A DNA stretch of 64,000 nt from Thermodesulfobacteriota bacterium (GCA_965223335.1 OZ244991.1:1952001-2016000); one strand, 5' to 3'. Shown: positions 23,611 through 35,316, numbered from the stretch's first letter. Numbers and translations are program-made. The notes: generated by a model not told the origin, from the sequence alone.

Positions 23611-24546
23611 GTGAGAATAGCGTCCATCGATCTTGGTACCAATACATTCCGATTACTGATCGGTGATTTCATAGATGGCGAGTTGCGTACACTCAAGCTG
23701 GATAGGGTCGTGACCAGATTGGGTCAGGGGCTTACATCTAATACCAATATAATCGTTCAAGATGCCTTAGACAGAGCTTTGGAAGCCCTTGGGGTCTTTA
23801 GAAAGGCTATGGATACTTATGGTGTGACTAAATATCGTGTTATAGGCACAAATGCGTTTCGGAAGGCTCAAAACAGTGAGCATTTGGTGGACCTTATCCG
23901 TAGAGAGACAGGTTTAGAGGTCGAGGTGATATCGGGTGAACAGGAAGCTCAGTTGATGGCAAGTGGTGTGCTCTATTCATTGGGTATAACAGAGGGGGAT
24001 TGCCTTATAGTAGACATTGGCGGGGGTAGTACAGAGGTTGTTTTGGTCCGAGAGGGGGTCATTACTCATACAAGCAGTATTTCGCTAGGTGTAGTGGATC
24101 TGGCGGATAGGTTTCCAGAAGACCCGAGAGATATTGATCGAACGGAAACACTATTAAGAGATTATGTGCACAAGCACATCTCCGATGTTATTTATACAGC
24201 GCCGTATTATCGGGCTCAGGGATATAGGTTAGTTGCCACAGCGGGCACACCTACAACACTGGCTGCTATTAAACTCAAAATGGCCGAGTATGATCCCGAG
24301 TCTGTAAATGGACAGGTTTTGACTAAACAATTCATGGTTGATATTCAAAACTGTATCAAGAGTATACCCAAAGCGAATAGGTCGGATATAACAGGGTTGG
24401 AAAGGGGTCGTGAGGACCTGATGATCCCTGGCATAATCATATTGTTGACGCTTTTGGAGCAAGCGGATAAAGATGAAATTATAGTAAGTGACGGAGGGTT
24501 ATTAGAGGGTATAGCTGTATCATTATCATTGGATAATGGCGACTGA
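23611..24546 (+). CDS. ppx: Ppx/GppA family exopolyphosphatase
   Basis: IDLGTNTFRLLI, ISGEQEA, DIGGGSTE, GLLEG. Confidence 0.88.
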   Translation: MRIASIDLGTNTFRLLIGDFIDGELRTLKLDRVVTRLGQGLTSNTNIIVQDALDRALEALGVFRKAMDTYGVTKYRVIGTNAFRKAQNSEHLVDLIRRETGLEVEVISGEQEAQLMASGVLYSLGITEGDCLIVDIGGGSTEVVLVREGVITHTSSISLGVVDLADRFPEDPRDIDRTETLLRDYVHKHISDVIYTAPYYRAQGYRLVATAGTPTTLAAIKLKMAEYDPESVNGQVLTKQFMVDIQNCIKSIPKANRSDITGLERGREDLMIPGIIILLTLLEQADKDEIIVSDGGLLEGIAVSLSLDNGD

Positions 24547-24574
24547 ATTCAAATATATACAATGGTCTAAGTTA

Positions 24575-24603
24575 TTGACTTTCCCCACTGACATCATTAT
24601 ATT
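24575..24603 (+). promoter_or_regulatory. Putative sigma70 promoter of grpE-dnaK2-dnaJ
   Basis: TTGACT-N17-TATATT in the ppx-grpE intergenic region. Confidence 0.55.
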
Positions 24604-24740
24604 TTCAGGTAGATTTCAATCCGCTATATGATGTTCATCTGAACCAGGCAGTGTTATGGTAAATAATTGTTATTTTGCCTGTTAAAAAGAGATTAGCAGT
24701 ATGAAATATAAAGCATATCTAGAGACCATAGGGGGTCTAC

Positions 24741-25457
24741 ATGAGTTCGAATGACAACGATGGGAAGAATGGTACTGAGATAGAGATAAACGATAGCAGT
24801 AAGGATAACGAATCCAAAGTGGATGGAGAGCACTCCATAGAACCTAAAGAAGTACCTGAAGAAGATAATGTAACTCCCATTAATAGTGATATAAATGACC
24901 CAGATGATCTCAACGAAAGGTATGTTCGGTTGGCTGCGGATTTTGAAAATTATAAAAAGAGGCTTGCAAAGGAAAAGGCCGATATTATTGCTTATGGAAA
25001 CGAGGAGTTGATAAAGGTGTTGCTCAACGTCCTAGACAATCTGGAAAGGGCATTGGAGCATACAGATGAAGAAATCGAGAAGAATCCACTTGTAGAAGGT
25101 ATGAAATTGGTTCATAAGCAGTTTATCAGCTGTTTGGAGAAGTTTGGTGTGTATGCAATTGATGCAAATAAGGGTACGGAGTTTGACCCTAGATTGCACC
25201 AGGCTATTGAGCGTGTGGAGTCACCAGAGATCTCGCACGGGTTAATACTGTCTGAGATGCTCCGAGGCTTTACGCTAAAGGACAGGCTGCTGCGCCCCTC
25301 ACTTGTTGTAGTATCGAAGGGCACACCGGGCCAAAGTGACGATATAGTATCGCCCGAGAGCAAGAACGAGGGATCGGAAAACGATAACGTGCTTAACCTA
25401 AACACTGAAAAGAAGTCAGACAATATGTTTAGCGTTCCGAAGGATGAAACAGAATAA
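24741..25457 (+). CDS. grpE: Nucleotide exchange factor GrpE
   Basis: RLAADFENYKKR, LDNLERAL, FDPRLHQA, RLLRPSLVVV. Confidence 0.94.
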   Translation: MSSNDNDGKNGTEIEINDSSKDNESKVDGEHSIEPKEVPEEDNVTPINSDINDPDDLNERYVRLAADFENYKKRLAKEKADIIAYGNEELIKVLLNVLDNLERALEHTDEEIEKNPLVEGMKLVHKQFISCLEKFGVYAIDANKGTEFDPRLHQAIERVESPEISHGLILSEMLRGFTLKDRLLRPSLVVVSKGTPGQSDDIVSPESKNEGSENDNVLNLNTEKKSDNMFSVPKDETE

Positions 25458-25474
25458 ATAACAAGGGATAAAAA

Positions 25475-27382
25475 ATGGCTATAGTTGGTATAGATCTAGG
25501 TACGACAAACTCTTGTGTTGCAGTGATTGAAGGAGGGGTTCCAGTTGTTATTCCCAATGAAGAGGGCAGCAGGATTACACCCTCTGTCGTTGCGTTTACA
25601 GAGGACGGGACCAAATTTGCAGGGGCAGTTGCAAAGAGACAGGCTGTCGTTAACCCCTCTACTACAATATATGGTGTAAAAAGACTGATCGGTAGGAACT
25701 ATGAGTCGCCCGAGGTTCAAAGGGCTACAACACTTGTGCCCTATGAAATAGTAGCAAATAACAGCGGGGATGCATGGGTAAAAGCCAATGAAAAACTGTT
25801 CAGTCCCCAAGAGATAGCCGCGATAGTGCTGGCAAAACTAAAGCAGGTTGCGGAGGAGTACCTGGGCTATGGGGTGAATGAGGCTGTTATCACCGTGCCG
25901 GCGCACTTTAACGACCTGCAGCGTCAAGCCACAAAAGATGCCGGGAGAATAGCCGGGTTTGATGTGCGGAGGATAATAAACGAACCCACGGCAGCAGCGT
26001 TGGCATATGGTATGGACAAAAAGGAAAACCAGCGCATAGCTGTGTTTGACCTAGGTGGCGGGACTTTTGATATTACGATTCTAGAGATTGCAAATGGAGT
26101 GTTTGAGGTCAAATCAACGAGTGGAGACACATTTTTAGGTGGTGATGATTTTGACCATAAATTAGTGGAGCTTGTAATAAATAAGTTCAAAGATACATAC
26201 GAAATAGATCTAAAAGAAGACAAGATGGCTCTCCAGCGTATCAGAGAGGCCGCCGAGAAGGCCAAGCATGAACTCTCTTCGTTGGGGGAGACTATAATCA
26301 ACCTCCCGTTCATCGCAGTAGACTCGTCGGGCCCTAAACACCTCAATTACAAGATTACCAGAGAGGAGTTTGAAGAACTTGTATCGGATCTAGTCGATAG
26401 GGTTGCAATACCGTGTAACCAGGCACTCGAGGATGCGAAACTAAAGCCCTCTGAGATTGATGAGGTAGTGCTTGTGGGTGGTATGACAAGGATGCCTAGG
26501 ATTCATCAGAAGGTAAAGGACATATTCCACAAGGAACCGCAGACTCGGATAAACCCTGAAGAGGTAGTTGCTATAGGCGCTGCGATACAAGGCGGGGTTT
26601 TAGAGGGTAAGGTTGAGGAGGTATTGCTTTTGGATGTGGTGCCACTCTCGTTGGGTGTGGAGACCAAGGGTGGGTTGTTCACAATGATAATCGAGCGTAA
26701 TACCACTATTCCCACAAAGAGGAGCAGGATTTTTACAACTGCGATGGACAACCAGGATTTTGTGGGCATTCATGTGCTGCAGGGTGAAAGGGAGATGGTG
26801 GACGATAATATCTCTCTTGCAAATTTTACTTTGATCGGTATACCTCCTGCACCCCGAGGGATGCCTCAGATCGAGGTCTCGTTTGAAGTGGATGCTGACG
26901 GTATTCTCCACGTTTCGGCAAAGGACCTAGGTACAGGTAAAAAACAGGCAATCCAGGTAGAGACCTCGGGCGGGCTTAGCGAAGAACAGATCAACCAAAT
27001 CATCAACGAAAGCAAAAGCAGCCTTGAAAAGGACCAGATGCGCAAGGACCTTGCATTGCTTAAAAACGAGGCCGAGGGACTCTTGTACTCTGTTCATAGA
27101 ACACTTAAATCGTATGGTGATAAGCTTGACGAGGAGATGAGGGAAACAATCGATAACTCAATCGAACGGATGAACGAGGCCATTGAGAGCGATGATTTTC
27201 GGTATATCAGAAACGTGTTGGATGAGCTCAAGCAGAACTCCTATCGGTTTGCAGAGGTCATATATGCCAACAAACAGGTTGAGGATGACCAACAGCCTGA
27301 CCAGGAATCGGAACCGGGACCACAGCCGGTGCCAGAGCAGGAACCGGAGCCTGAGCCGGAAGATACAGAGACTGAGCAGTAA
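25475..27382 (+). CDS. dnaK: Chaperone DnaK (Hsp70), copy 2
   Basis: [25 protein letters not shown]; Glu/Pro-rich tail. Confidence 0.93.
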   Translation: MAIVGIDLGTTNSCVAVIEGGVPVVIPNEEGSRITPSVVAFTEDGTKFAGAVAKRQAVVNPSTTIYGVKRLIGRNYESPEVQRATTLVPYEIVANNSGDAWVKANEKLFSPQEIAAIVLAKLKQVAEEYLGYGVNEAVITVPAHFNDLQRQATKDAGRIAGFDVRRIINEPTAAALAYGMDKKENQRIAVFDLGGGTFDITILEIANGVFEVKSTSGDTFLGGDDFDHKLVELVINKFKDTYEIDLKEDKMALQRIREAAEKAKHELSSLGETIINLPFIAVDSSGPKHLNYKITREEFEELVSDLVDRVAIPCNQALEDAKLKPSEIDEVVLVGGMTRMPRIHQKVKDIFHKEPQTRINPEEVVAIGAAIQGGVLEGKVEEVLLLDVVPLSLGVETKGGLFTMIIERNTTIPTKRSRIFTTAMDNQDFVGIHVLQGEREMVDDNISLANFTLIGIPPAPRGMPQIEVSFEVDADGILHVSAKDLGTGKKQAIQVETSGGLSEEQINQIINESKSSLEKDQMRKDLALLKNEAEGLLYSVHRTLKSYGDKLDEEMRETIDNSIERMNEAIESDDFRYIRNVLDELKQNSYRFAEVIYANKQVEDDQQPDQESEPGPQPVPEQEPEPEPEDTETEQ

Positions 27383-27397
27383 GCGGGGAAGTAAGCT

Positions 27398-28498
27398 GTG
27401 AAAACCACTGTTGATTATTATGAGGTGCTCGGAATAACAAGGAGTGCTTCAAATGATGAGGTAAAAAAAAGCTATAAGAAATTAGCATTTGAATACCATC
27501 CCGATCGAAACCCCGGCAACTTAAAAGCGGAAGAAAGGTTTAAAGAGATTAACGAGGCCTATCAGGTGCTAGGTCATCCCGAAAAAAGGGCCAGATACGA
27601 TAGCTTGGGTCATATTACTGACGATATGCTGTTTTCAGAGTCCGGCTTCAGTGCAAACTTCAACGATATATTCAGCAACCTGTTCGATGAGGTTTTCCAT
27701 AGTGCAACATCGAGTAGGAGTGCTAAAGGGAACGACCTAAAATACTCAGTGGAGCTTGAGTTTGAAGAGGCGGTGTTTGGCACTGAGAAGGTAGTAACGG
27801 TGCCGAAACACACTGAGTGTGAGTTGTGTAGGGGTACAGGAGCTGCACCTGGGGGAGAGATTGAGTGTAACGATTGCGAGGGTGTAGGGCAGGTGCAGTA
27901 CTCACAGGGGCTCTTTGCCTTTAGGCGGACCTGTTCCAGCTGCGGGGGGATGGGCAAACTGATACTTGAGCGCTGTGCTAAGTGTAACGGCGAGCGGTAT
28001 ATCGAAAGCTACAGCGATGTGAGCGTGAACATACCACCTGGGGTATCTGGGGGCACGAGGCTAAGAATCAGGGGTGAGGGTGACTTCGGGGTGCGTGGCG
28101 GGCCTCCGGGGGATCTGTATATTGAAATATCTGTACAAGAGCACCCGTTTTTTAATCGTGAGGGAGAAGACCTGTATTTGGAGGTGCCTGTGACCTTTGT
28201 CCAGGCCTCGCTCGGGGATGAGATCGAGATACCTACAATGAAAGGAAAAAGTACGATGAAGGTGCCCGCGGGGACGCAAAACGGTGAAACCTTTAGACTA
28301 AAAGGTAAGGGTGTGCCTCGATTGAATGGGAGGGGGACCGGTGATCTGTTTGTAAATGTAAATGTTGTGGTGCCTGTTAAGCTTAACTCAAAACAGAAGG
28401 AAATTTTAAAACAGTTTGCCGACGCTACAGAGGAAAAGAATATCCCACTTGTAAATCGGTTTCTAGAAAAACTCCAAGATGTATTTGGAAAGAACTAA
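27398..28498 (+). CDS. dnaJ: Chaperone DnaJ
   Basis: J-domain HPD, four CxxCxGxG-like repeats, GDLY. Confidence 0.94.
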   Translation: MKTTVDYYEVLGITRSASNDEVKKSYKKLAFEYHPDRNPGNLKAEERFKEINEAYQVLGHPEKRARYDSLGHITDDMLFSESGFSANFNDIFSNLFDEVFHSATSSRSAKGNDLKYSVELEFEEAVFGTEKVVTVPKHTECELCRGTGAAPGGEIECNDCEGVGQVQYSQGLFAFRRTCSSCGGMGKLILERCAKCNGERYIESYSDVSVNIPPGVSGGTRLRIRGEGDFGVRGGPPGDLYIEISVQEHPFFNREGEDLYLEVPVTFVQASLGDEIEIPTMKGKSTMKVPAGTQNGETFRLKGKGVPRLNGRGTGDLFVNVNVVVPVKLNSKQKEILKQFADATEEKNIPLVNRFLEKLQDVFGKN

Positions 28499-28535
28499 TG
28501 CATTTGTTTTCTGACCGCGAGTTAATATTCCAGTA

Positions 28536-28811
28536 TTAATTACCGCCGGCTATAGCCGGGATGATCGACACTATGTCTTCATCTTTAAGAGCAGTGTCTT
28601 TGCCGTCCAAGAATCTTATGTCTTCGTTATTGACGTAGATATTGATAAATCTTCTAACATTCCCGTCTTCATCGCATAGTCTTTCTTTTATCCCGGGGTA
28701 CTCACTTTCGAGCTTTTCAATCAGCTCTCCTACATCCGCAGCCTGCACGTTTACCTCGTCTTGATCGCCGGTGAGCTTTCTAAGCGGGGTTGGGATTCGA
28801 ATAGAGGACAT
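28536..28811 (-). CDS. MoaD/ThiS/CysO family ubiquitin-like sulfur carrier protein
   Basis: IRIPTPLR..., FINIYVNNEDIR, IPAIAGG-N C-terminus; ATG at 28811 preceded by AAGGAGG. Confidence 0.88.
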   Translation of the reverse strand: MSSIRIPTPLRKLTGDQDEVNVQAADVGELIEKLESEYPGIKERLCDEDGNVRRFINIYVNNEDIRFLDGKDTALKDEDIVSIIPAIAGGN

Positions 28812-30072
28812 TGTTATTACCTCCTTGATGACCGTCTTTTGGTTTAATTTTATCGTATAGTTCTTGAAAATCCTCAAGCTTGGCATCGATGATATGCGGT
28901 TTTGACACCTGATCCACGATGGCCTCCTGGGTCTTAAGCCCGTTACCTGTGATACAAATTGCTATGGATTCGTTTCGGGGGATTTTACCCTGATCAATAA
29001 GTTTTTTAGTCACTGCCAGTGTTACTCCGCCGGCGGTCTCTGTGAATATGCCCTCGGTCTCAGCCAGGAGCTTGATTGCGTCTACGATCTCCTGATCGCT
29101 GGCGTCTTCTCCCGACCCCCCGCTCTCGCGCATCACGCACATTGCATAGAATCCGTCTGCTGGTGTGCCTATTGCAAGCGATTTCGCTATGGTGTCGGGC
29201 TTAACGGGCTTAAATATCTCCCAATCGTTTTTGATGGCCGTGGTAATAGGGGAGCATCCCGTGGCCTGGGCCCCGAAGATCTTGGTTTCAGATTCCTCAA
29301 TCAGCCCCGTGAGCTCAAACTCCTTTATAGCCTTCCAGACCTTTGTTAGCAGGGAGCCGCTAGCCATTGGCACTACGATATTATCCGGTGTGCGCCAACC
29401 CAACTGCTCAATTAACTCGAAGGCTAGGGATTTAGAGCCCTCGGCGTAGTAAGGTCTCATGTTGATATTTACAAATGCCCACCCGAATTTGCCTGCAATC
29501 TCGCTGCAGAGCCTGTTTACATCGTCATAACTGCCGTTTATGCCTATGAGGTTGGAACCGTAAACGGTCGTACCAACTATTTTTGCCTGCTCCAGGTTGT
29601 ATGGGATAAAGATATAACTTTTCATGTTGCCGGCCGAAGTGAGTGATGCAACTGCGTTGGCCAGGTTACCGGTCGAAGCGCATGCCGCAGTGTCAAACCC
29701 AAACTCCTTGGCCTTGGAAAGTGCTACGGATACTACTCTGTCTTTAAACGATAGTGTGGGAAAACACACGGCATCGTTTTTTATATACAACTCTTTTACT
29801 CCAAGGACTTTTTCTAGGTTGCTTGCCCTTACCACAGGGGTGTATCCGACTTTTAGACCCACTGTCGGGGTGTTGTCTATCGGCAAAAGCTCTGCATAGC
29901 GCCAGATGTTGCGTTTTCTATCTGCTATTTTTTGGCGTGAGAGTGCTTCTTTGATCTCGTCGTAGTTATAAACCGCCTCTAGGGGACCGAAGCATATTTC
30001 GCACACATGTAGCGGTTCTTTGGGGTATTCCTTGCCGCATTCTTTACATTTAAGTCCTTTCACAAAGCCCAT
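28780..30072 (-). CDS. thrC: Threonine synthase-like PLP enzyme
   Basis: N-terminal CxxC..CxxC, PTLSFKDR PLP lysine, ASTGN, ITGNGLK. Confidence 0.8.
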   Translation of the reverse strand: MGFVKGLKCKECGKEYPKEPLHVCEICFGPLEAVYNYDEIKEALSRQKIADRKRNIWRYAELLPIDNTPTVGLKVGYTPVVRASNLEKVLGVKELYIKNDAVCFPTLSFKDRVVSVALSKAKEFGFDTAACASTGNLANAVASLTSAGNMKSYIFIPYNLEQAKIVGTTVYGSNLIGINGSYDDVNRLCSEIAGKFGWAFVNINMRPYYAEGSKSLAFELIEQLGWRTPDNIVVPMASGSLLTKVWKAIKEFELTGLIEESETKIFGAQATGCSPITTAIKNDWEIFKPVKPDTIAKSLAIGTPADGFYAMCVMRESGGSGEDASDQEIVDAIKLLAETEGIFTETAGGVTLAVTKKLIDQGKIPRNESIAICITGNGLKTQEAIVDQVSKPHIIDAKLEDFQELYDKIKPKDGHQGGNNNVLYSNPNPA

Positions 30073-30149
30073 ATAAACCTCGTATCTGCATTAAATAAAC
30101 GTCATAAAGTACCTATAGATATTGAATATGTCAAAGTTCTCCCAGCTGC

Positions 30150-30587
30150 CTAGTCCCACTCGTTAATCTTGCGTTCATCCTCGTCTTCTTCAAGCAGTTC
30201 TATTACTTCGAACTTGTCTGCTTCGAGTACATTGCCGTTTTTTCTATAGATTCCGCCCACGATTAAGTAGTCGTCGTTTTCTAGGTCCCATGTGCCGTTC
30301 ATCGATATGTTGATGTAGTTGCCCTTTAGGTCTAGTATCTTAAAAGTGGTTAATGCGGTCTGTTCGTTTTCAGGGTTCTCTATGTTTACATCTTTGATAT
30401 AGCCCTCGATTGCCAGCACTGCACTGTCGTAGGCAATCGGGGAGAACAGCACTTTGGATATGGGGGCTCTAATGCCCTGAATGCTCATCCCGGGTATGTA
30501 CTCGGGTTCTTTATTGCAGCCCGGTGCCGCCATGACCACAAGTACGCATATAAGAATATGGGGTAGGAACTTCTTGGATAGGTTCAT
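30150..30587 (-). CDS. Hypothetical lipoprotein
   Basis: Signal peptide with APGC lipobox-like motif; fills the gap between thrC and gloB. Confidence 0.6.
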   Translation of the reverse strand: MNLSKKFLPHILICVLVVMAAPGCNKEPEYIPGMSIQGIRAPISKVLFSPIAYDSAVLAIEGYIKDVNIENPENEQTALTTFKILDLKGNYINISMNGTWDLENDDYLIVGGIYRKNGNVLEADKFEVIELLEEDEDERKINEWD

Positions 30588-30693
30588 ATAATCTACTGGT
30601 AATTTATAATAATCAGTATATATTTTCCCGGTTAAGAGTCAACAAATTTACTTAGTGTTGGTATAAGGTTTAAGTACTGAGAGGGGTTAAGAA

Positions 30694-31497
30694 ATGGATA
30701 TTTATCAGGAACAGGGATACAGCATTGTTCGCAAGAAAGTTGAGGAAAGTGACAGTAATTACAATTACTTAGCATGGTGTAACGAGACTAGGGAGTGTGC
30801 GGTGATAGACCCGATAGACTCGATCGGGATACTAAACATTATTAGAGAGAATGGGCTTAGCGTTAAATATATTATAAACACTCACTGCCACCCCGATCAT
30901 ATAAAGGGCAATGACCCGATACTTAAGGTTACTTTGTCTAAAATCCTTGTACACCCACTGGGACGGGAGTTTGTTGCTCCCAGAAGTGCCCCAATTGAAG
31001 AGGGGGACCGGATAGAGCTCGGCAAGGAGCATATCGATGTGTTCCATACACCGGGACATTGCCCGGAGCATGTGGTGCTAAGGCTTGGGGATTACCTTTT
31101 TACCGGGGACACGCTGTTTTTATCGGGCTGCGGTAACACGAAGTTTAGGGGTGATACGGATGTGCTGTTCGAGACGATCAGTGGAAAGCTAAGCGTCTTT
31201 GAGGACAGTCTTAAGATCTTGTGCGGGCATGATTACGCTCTTAAGAACCTTGAGTTTGCTCTCGACGTAGAACCGGGTAATGAGAATATACAAAACAAAC
31301 TAAATGAGGTTAAAAACAGTACCGAGAAAAATGAGCAGCATGCGCTTACATCTATTGGAGAGGAAAGAGGTTACAATCCTTTTCTGCGCTATGACTCCCC
31401 AGAGCTCATCGCTAATCTCCGAAAAAGGAATGAGTCCTTGGGGAATGATCCCAAATCAATATTTAAGGAGTTGCGAGAACTAAGGAGCAATTGGTAA
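30694..31497 (+). CDS. gloB: Hydroxyacylglutathione hydrolase (glyoxalase II) family MBL-fold protein
   Basis: THCHPDH, TPGHC, FTGDTLF, CGHDY, EERGYNPFLR. Confidence 0.82.
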   Translation: MDIYQEQGYSIVRKKVEESDSNYNYLAWCNETRECAVIDPIDSIGILNIIRENGLSVKYIINTHCHPDHIKGNDPILKVTLSKILVHPLGREFVAPRSAPIEEGDRIELGKEHIDVFHTPGHCPEHVVLRLGDYLFTGDTLFLSGCGNTKFRGDTDVLFETISGKLSVFEDSLKILCGHDYALKNLEFALDVEPGNENIQNKLNEVKNSTEKNEQHALTSIGEERGYNPFLRYDSPELIANLRKRNESLGNDPKSIFKELRELRSNW

Positions 31498-31617
31498 AAG
31501 AGGTTTGCAACCGAAAGTATTTATTTAATATCGGTTGTTATCAAAAACTTTAGGTCATCGGTTTCATCTATACTGCCCTGCAATTTAAATCCATTTATCT
31601 TTAGATAGAATATACAG

Positions 31618-34600
31618 ATGCAAAAACGCAGCAGTCTGGCACTGCAAAACACTCTTACTAAGATTCTAGACGAGCGTATCGTACTACTTGACGGTGCGAT
31701 GGGTACGATGATCCAACGCTACGACCTTGGGGAAGCGGATTTTAGAGGAGAGCAGTTTCGGGAGGCCAAAAAAGAGCTAAAGGGAAACAATGACCTGCTG
31801 TGTGTCACACGTCCCGACATAATATCTGAAATACACAGGGCTTATCTCGAAGCCGGCGCCGATATCATTGAAACAAACACTTTTAACGCCAATAGAATCT
31901 CGCAGGCCGATTATGGGCTTGAGTACCAAGCCCTTGAGCTAAACATCCATGCTGCACGCGTTGCCCGAAACGCTGTAGACGAGTTTATGGCGGAAAATCC
32001 TGATCGTAAATGCTTTGTTGCAGGGGCATTGGGGCCTACGAATAAAACAGGCTCTATGTCACCCGACGTGAACAACCCTGCGTACCGAGCGGTCACATTC
32101 GAGGAGCTTGTGGACTGTTATTACGAGCAGGTGGAGGGCCTTGTAGAGGGTGGGGTGGATATCATTCTAGCCGAGACCACTTTCGACACGCTTAATCTGA
32201 AGGCTGCAATATATGCAGTTGAACAGTTCTTTTCCCGTAGTGGCTCGAGGTTGCCTGTAATGCTGTCGGTCACGATAACGGATGCGTCTGGCAGGACTCT
32301 GTCGGGCCAGACCGTAGAGGCGTTTTGGAACTCGGTACGCCATGCTAAACCGCTTAGCGTAGGGATTAACTGTGCGCTGGGTGCCAAAGAGATGAGGCCC
32401 TATATAGAGGAGCTCTCGAGGATAGCGGACTCGTACATAAGCTGTTATCCGAACGCTGGGCTGCCTAATCCGCTAAGCGATACCGGTTACGATGAAACAC
32501 CGGAGATCACGGCAGGTTATCTAGGAGAGTTTGTGCAAAGCGGGCTTGTGAACATAGTGGGAGGGTGTTGCGGTACCACGCCTGATCACTTGGCCGCAAT
32601 AAAGGCCCGGGTGGAGGGCTTTTCGCCAAGGGCTCTGCCGCAGATAAAGAATATTACCAAGCTAAGCGGGCTTGAGGCACTCAATATAGAGGGCAGCGGC
32701 TCGCCTTTTATTATGGTGGGCGAGAGGACTAACGTTACCGGGTCGCCAAGATTTGCAAAATTTATTAAGGCCGATGATTTCGAGAGCGGGCTTAGCCTGG
32801 CGCGTCAGCAGGTGGAAAACGGCGCAAACATAATAGACGTGAATTTTGATGAGGCGCTTTTGGACGGGGAAGCATGCATGACACGTTTCCTTAACCTGGT
32901 AGCCACAGAGCCTGATATCGCACGAGTACCGATCATGATAGATAGCTCGAAGTGGAGCGTGATCGAGGCCGGATTACGCTGCATACAGGGCAAAGGGGTT
33001 GTGAACTCGATAAGCCTTAAGGAGGGTGAGGATAAGTTTGTAGAGCAGGCTCGAAAGATTGTGCAGTACGGGGCCGGGGCGGTGGTGATGGCGTTTGACG
33101 AGAAGGGGCAAGCTGCCTCTAAAGATGATAAGGTGAGGATCTGCAGGAGGGCTTACGAAATATTGACCGAAAAGGTGGGGATGGACCCAAGCGACATAAT
33201 CTTCGACCCCAATGTTCTGACGGTGGCTACGGGGATTGAGGAGCACAACAACTATGCCGTGGATTTTATAGAGGCTGTGCGCGAGATAAAAAAAGTGTGT
33301 CCAGGTGCACTTACTAGCGGGGGTGTAAGCAATATCTCTTTTTCGTTCAGGGGTAACAATGTGGTGCGCGAGGCTATGCATAGCGCTTTTCTGTACCACG
33401 CGATTGAGGCCGGGCTCGATATGGCAATTGTGAACGCCGGGATGCTAGAGGTATATGACAATATTGATAAAGAACTATTAGAAAAGGTGGAGGATGTGCT
33501 GCTTAACCGTAGGCCTGATGCCACCGAGCAGCTTGTAGACTATGCCGAGACTGTAAAGGGAAAGGAGCAGACCAAAGAGGCCGAGACTAAAGTTTGGCGT
33601 ACGGAATCGGTAGAATCTCGACTATCGCATGCACTGGTTAAGGGGATTGTGGATTATATCGAGGAGGACACAGAGGAGGCCAGGCAGAAGTATGGGAAAC
33701 CGCTGCATGTAATAGAAGGCCCGCTTATGGACGGGATGAAGGTTGTGGGAAATCTATTTGGGGAAGGCAAGATGTTTTTGCCTCAGGTCGTAAAGAGTGC
33801 GCGTGTGATGAAGCGGGCGGTTTCGTACCTGGAGCCCTATATGGAGGCTGAGAAAGCCGAGTCCGGGGGGGCGAGTAGCAAGGGTAAGTTCGTGATTGCT
33901 ACTGTGAAAGGGGACGTGCACGACATTGGAAAGAACATAGTGTCGGTGGTGCTTGGGTGTAATAACTATGATGTGGTTGATCTGGGTGTGATGGTGTCGT
34001 GCGAAAACATCCTCAAGAAAGCCAGGGACATAGAAGCCGATGTAATAGGGCTTAGCGGACTAATAACTCCATCGTTGGATGAGATGGTATTTAACGCATC
34101 GGAGATGGAGCGACAGGGTTTCCGTACCCCACTACTTATAGGAGGTGCAACAACCAGCAGGGCCCATACTGCAATTAAGATTGCCCCTGAGTACACGGGG
34201 CCCGTGACACATGTCCAAGACGCCTCGCTGGTTGTTAATGTCTGCAACGAACTGCTCAGCCCTGAGAAGAAAGATAAGTATATAAAGGGTCTTATGAAGC
34301 AGCACAAGGAGCTACGAGCCCTGCATGCGAGCAAGGGGCAAACAAGCGAGTCCTTGTCGATAGCGGATGCACGCTCTAGGAGATTCGTAACCAATTGGGA
34401 TTCGATCGTGATAGATGTGCCTTCTAATTTGGGCCCGAGGGTGCATGATGATATTACGGTCGGGGATATAGCACCCTATATAGACTGGACACCGTTTTTT
34501 TGGGTATGGGAGCTAAAGGGGGTGTATCCAAAGATTTTCGAGAACGAAAAATGGGGCAAGCAAGCACGTTCCATATATGACGACGCACAACAGCTTTTGA

Positions 34601-35316
34601 AAGATATTATAGAGAATAATCTTTTTAGACCTAAGTCTGTCTCGGCTATTTGGCGTGCTAACAGTGTCGGAGACGATGTAGAGGTCTATGATGAAGAAGG
34701 CAACGTAGTTAGGGTGCTTCACTTCCTTAGACAGCAGAGGGACAGGGGGGAGAACGAAAGCTTCTTTTGCCTATCGGATTTCATAGCCCCGAAAGATAGT
34801 GGTAAGACTGATTACATCGGGGGCTTTGTTGTCACCGCTGGGCAGGAAGTCGAGGCATTGGCAGAGTCTTACAAATCCAAGCAGGACGACTACACGGCTA
34901 TTATGGTACAGGCGCTGGGGGATAGGATCGCGGAAGCCTATGCAGAATTGATGCATAAGAGGATTAGAGAGGTCTGGGAATATGGGCTGAGTGAAGATCT
35001 ATCCTATGAAGACTTGATAAAAGAGAGGTATAGGGGGATAAGACCAGCACCCGGTTACCCGGCGTGTCCTGATCACACTGAGAAGGCCGCGATCTGGGAA
35101 CTCCTGGATGCGGAGAACAACATAGGGGTTACGCTTACAGAGAATTTTGCCATCTATCCCCCGAGCTCTGTGGCGGGACTGTATTTTGCGCACCCGGAGT
35201 CGAAATATTTTCATGTCGGTCCCATAGACCGCGATCAGGTTGAGGATTATGCGGTAAGAAAGGGTATAACACTGGAAGAAGCGGAGAGGTGGCTAAGACC
35301 CAACTTGGGGTATTAG
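31618..35316 (+). CDS. metH: Cobalamin-dependent methionine synthase
   Basis: [46 protein letters not shown]. Confidence 0.97.
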   Translation: MQKRSSLALQNTLTKILDERIVLLDGAMGTMIQRYDLGEADFRGEQFREAKKELKGNNDLLCVTRPDIISEIHRAYLEAGADIIETNTFNANRISQADYGLEYQALELNIHAARVARNAVDEFMAENPDRKCFVAGALGPTNKTGSMSPDVNNPAYRAVTFEELVDCYYEQVEGLVEGGVDIILAETTFDTLNLKAAIYAVEQFFSRSGSRLPVMLSVTITDASGRTLSGQTVEAFWNSVRHAKPLSVGINCALGAKEMRPYIEELSRIADSYISCYPNAGLPNPLSDTGYDETPEITAGYLGEFVQSGLVNIVGGCCGTTPDHLAAIKARVEGFSPRALPQIKNITKLSGLEALNIEGSGSPFIMVGERTNVTGSPRFAKFIKADDFESGLSLARQQVENGANIIDVNFDEALLDGEACMTRFLNLVATEPDIARVPIMIDSSKWSVIEAGLRCIQGKGVVNSISLKEGEDKFVEQARKIVQYGAGAVVMAFDEKGQAASKDDKVRICRRAYEILTEKVGMDPSDIIFDPNVLTVATGIEEHNNYAVDFIEAVREIKKVCPGALTSGGVSNISFSFRGNNVVREAMHSAFLYHAIEAGLDMAIVNAGMLEVYDNIDKELLEKVEDVLLNRRPDATEQLVDYAETVKGKEQTKEAETKVWRTESVESRLSHALVKGIVDYIEEDTEEARQKYGKPLHVIEGPLMDGMKVVGNLFGEGKMFLPQVVKSARVMKRAVSYLEPYMEAEKAESGGASSKGKFVIATVKGDVHDIGKNIVSVVLGCNNYDVVDLGVMVSCENILKKARDIEADVIGLSGLITPSLDEMVFNASEMERQGFRTPLLIGGATTSRAHTAIKIAPEYTGPVTHVQDASLVVNVCNELLSPEKKDKYIKGLMKQHKELRALHASKGQTSESLSIADARSRRFVTNWDSIVIDVPSNLGPRVHDDITVGDIAPYIDWTPFFWVWELKGVYPKIFENEKWGKQARSIYDDAQQLLKDIIENNLFRPKSVSAIWRANSVGDDVEVYDEEGNVVRVLHFLRQQRDRGENESFFCLSDFIAPKDSGKTDYIGGFVVTAGQEVEALAESYKSKQDDYTAIMVQALGDRIAEAYAELMHKRIREVWEYGLSEDLSYEDLIKERYRGIRPAPGYPACPDHTEKAAIWELLDAENNIGVTLTENFAIYPPSSVAGLYFAHPESKYFHVGPIDRDQVEDYAVRKGITLEEAERWLRPNLGY

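Noticed and set aside
27290..27375. GAGCC/GAACC short repeats as a repeat array
   Set aside because: They encode the Glu/Pro-rich tail of DnaK2 and are not an independent element.
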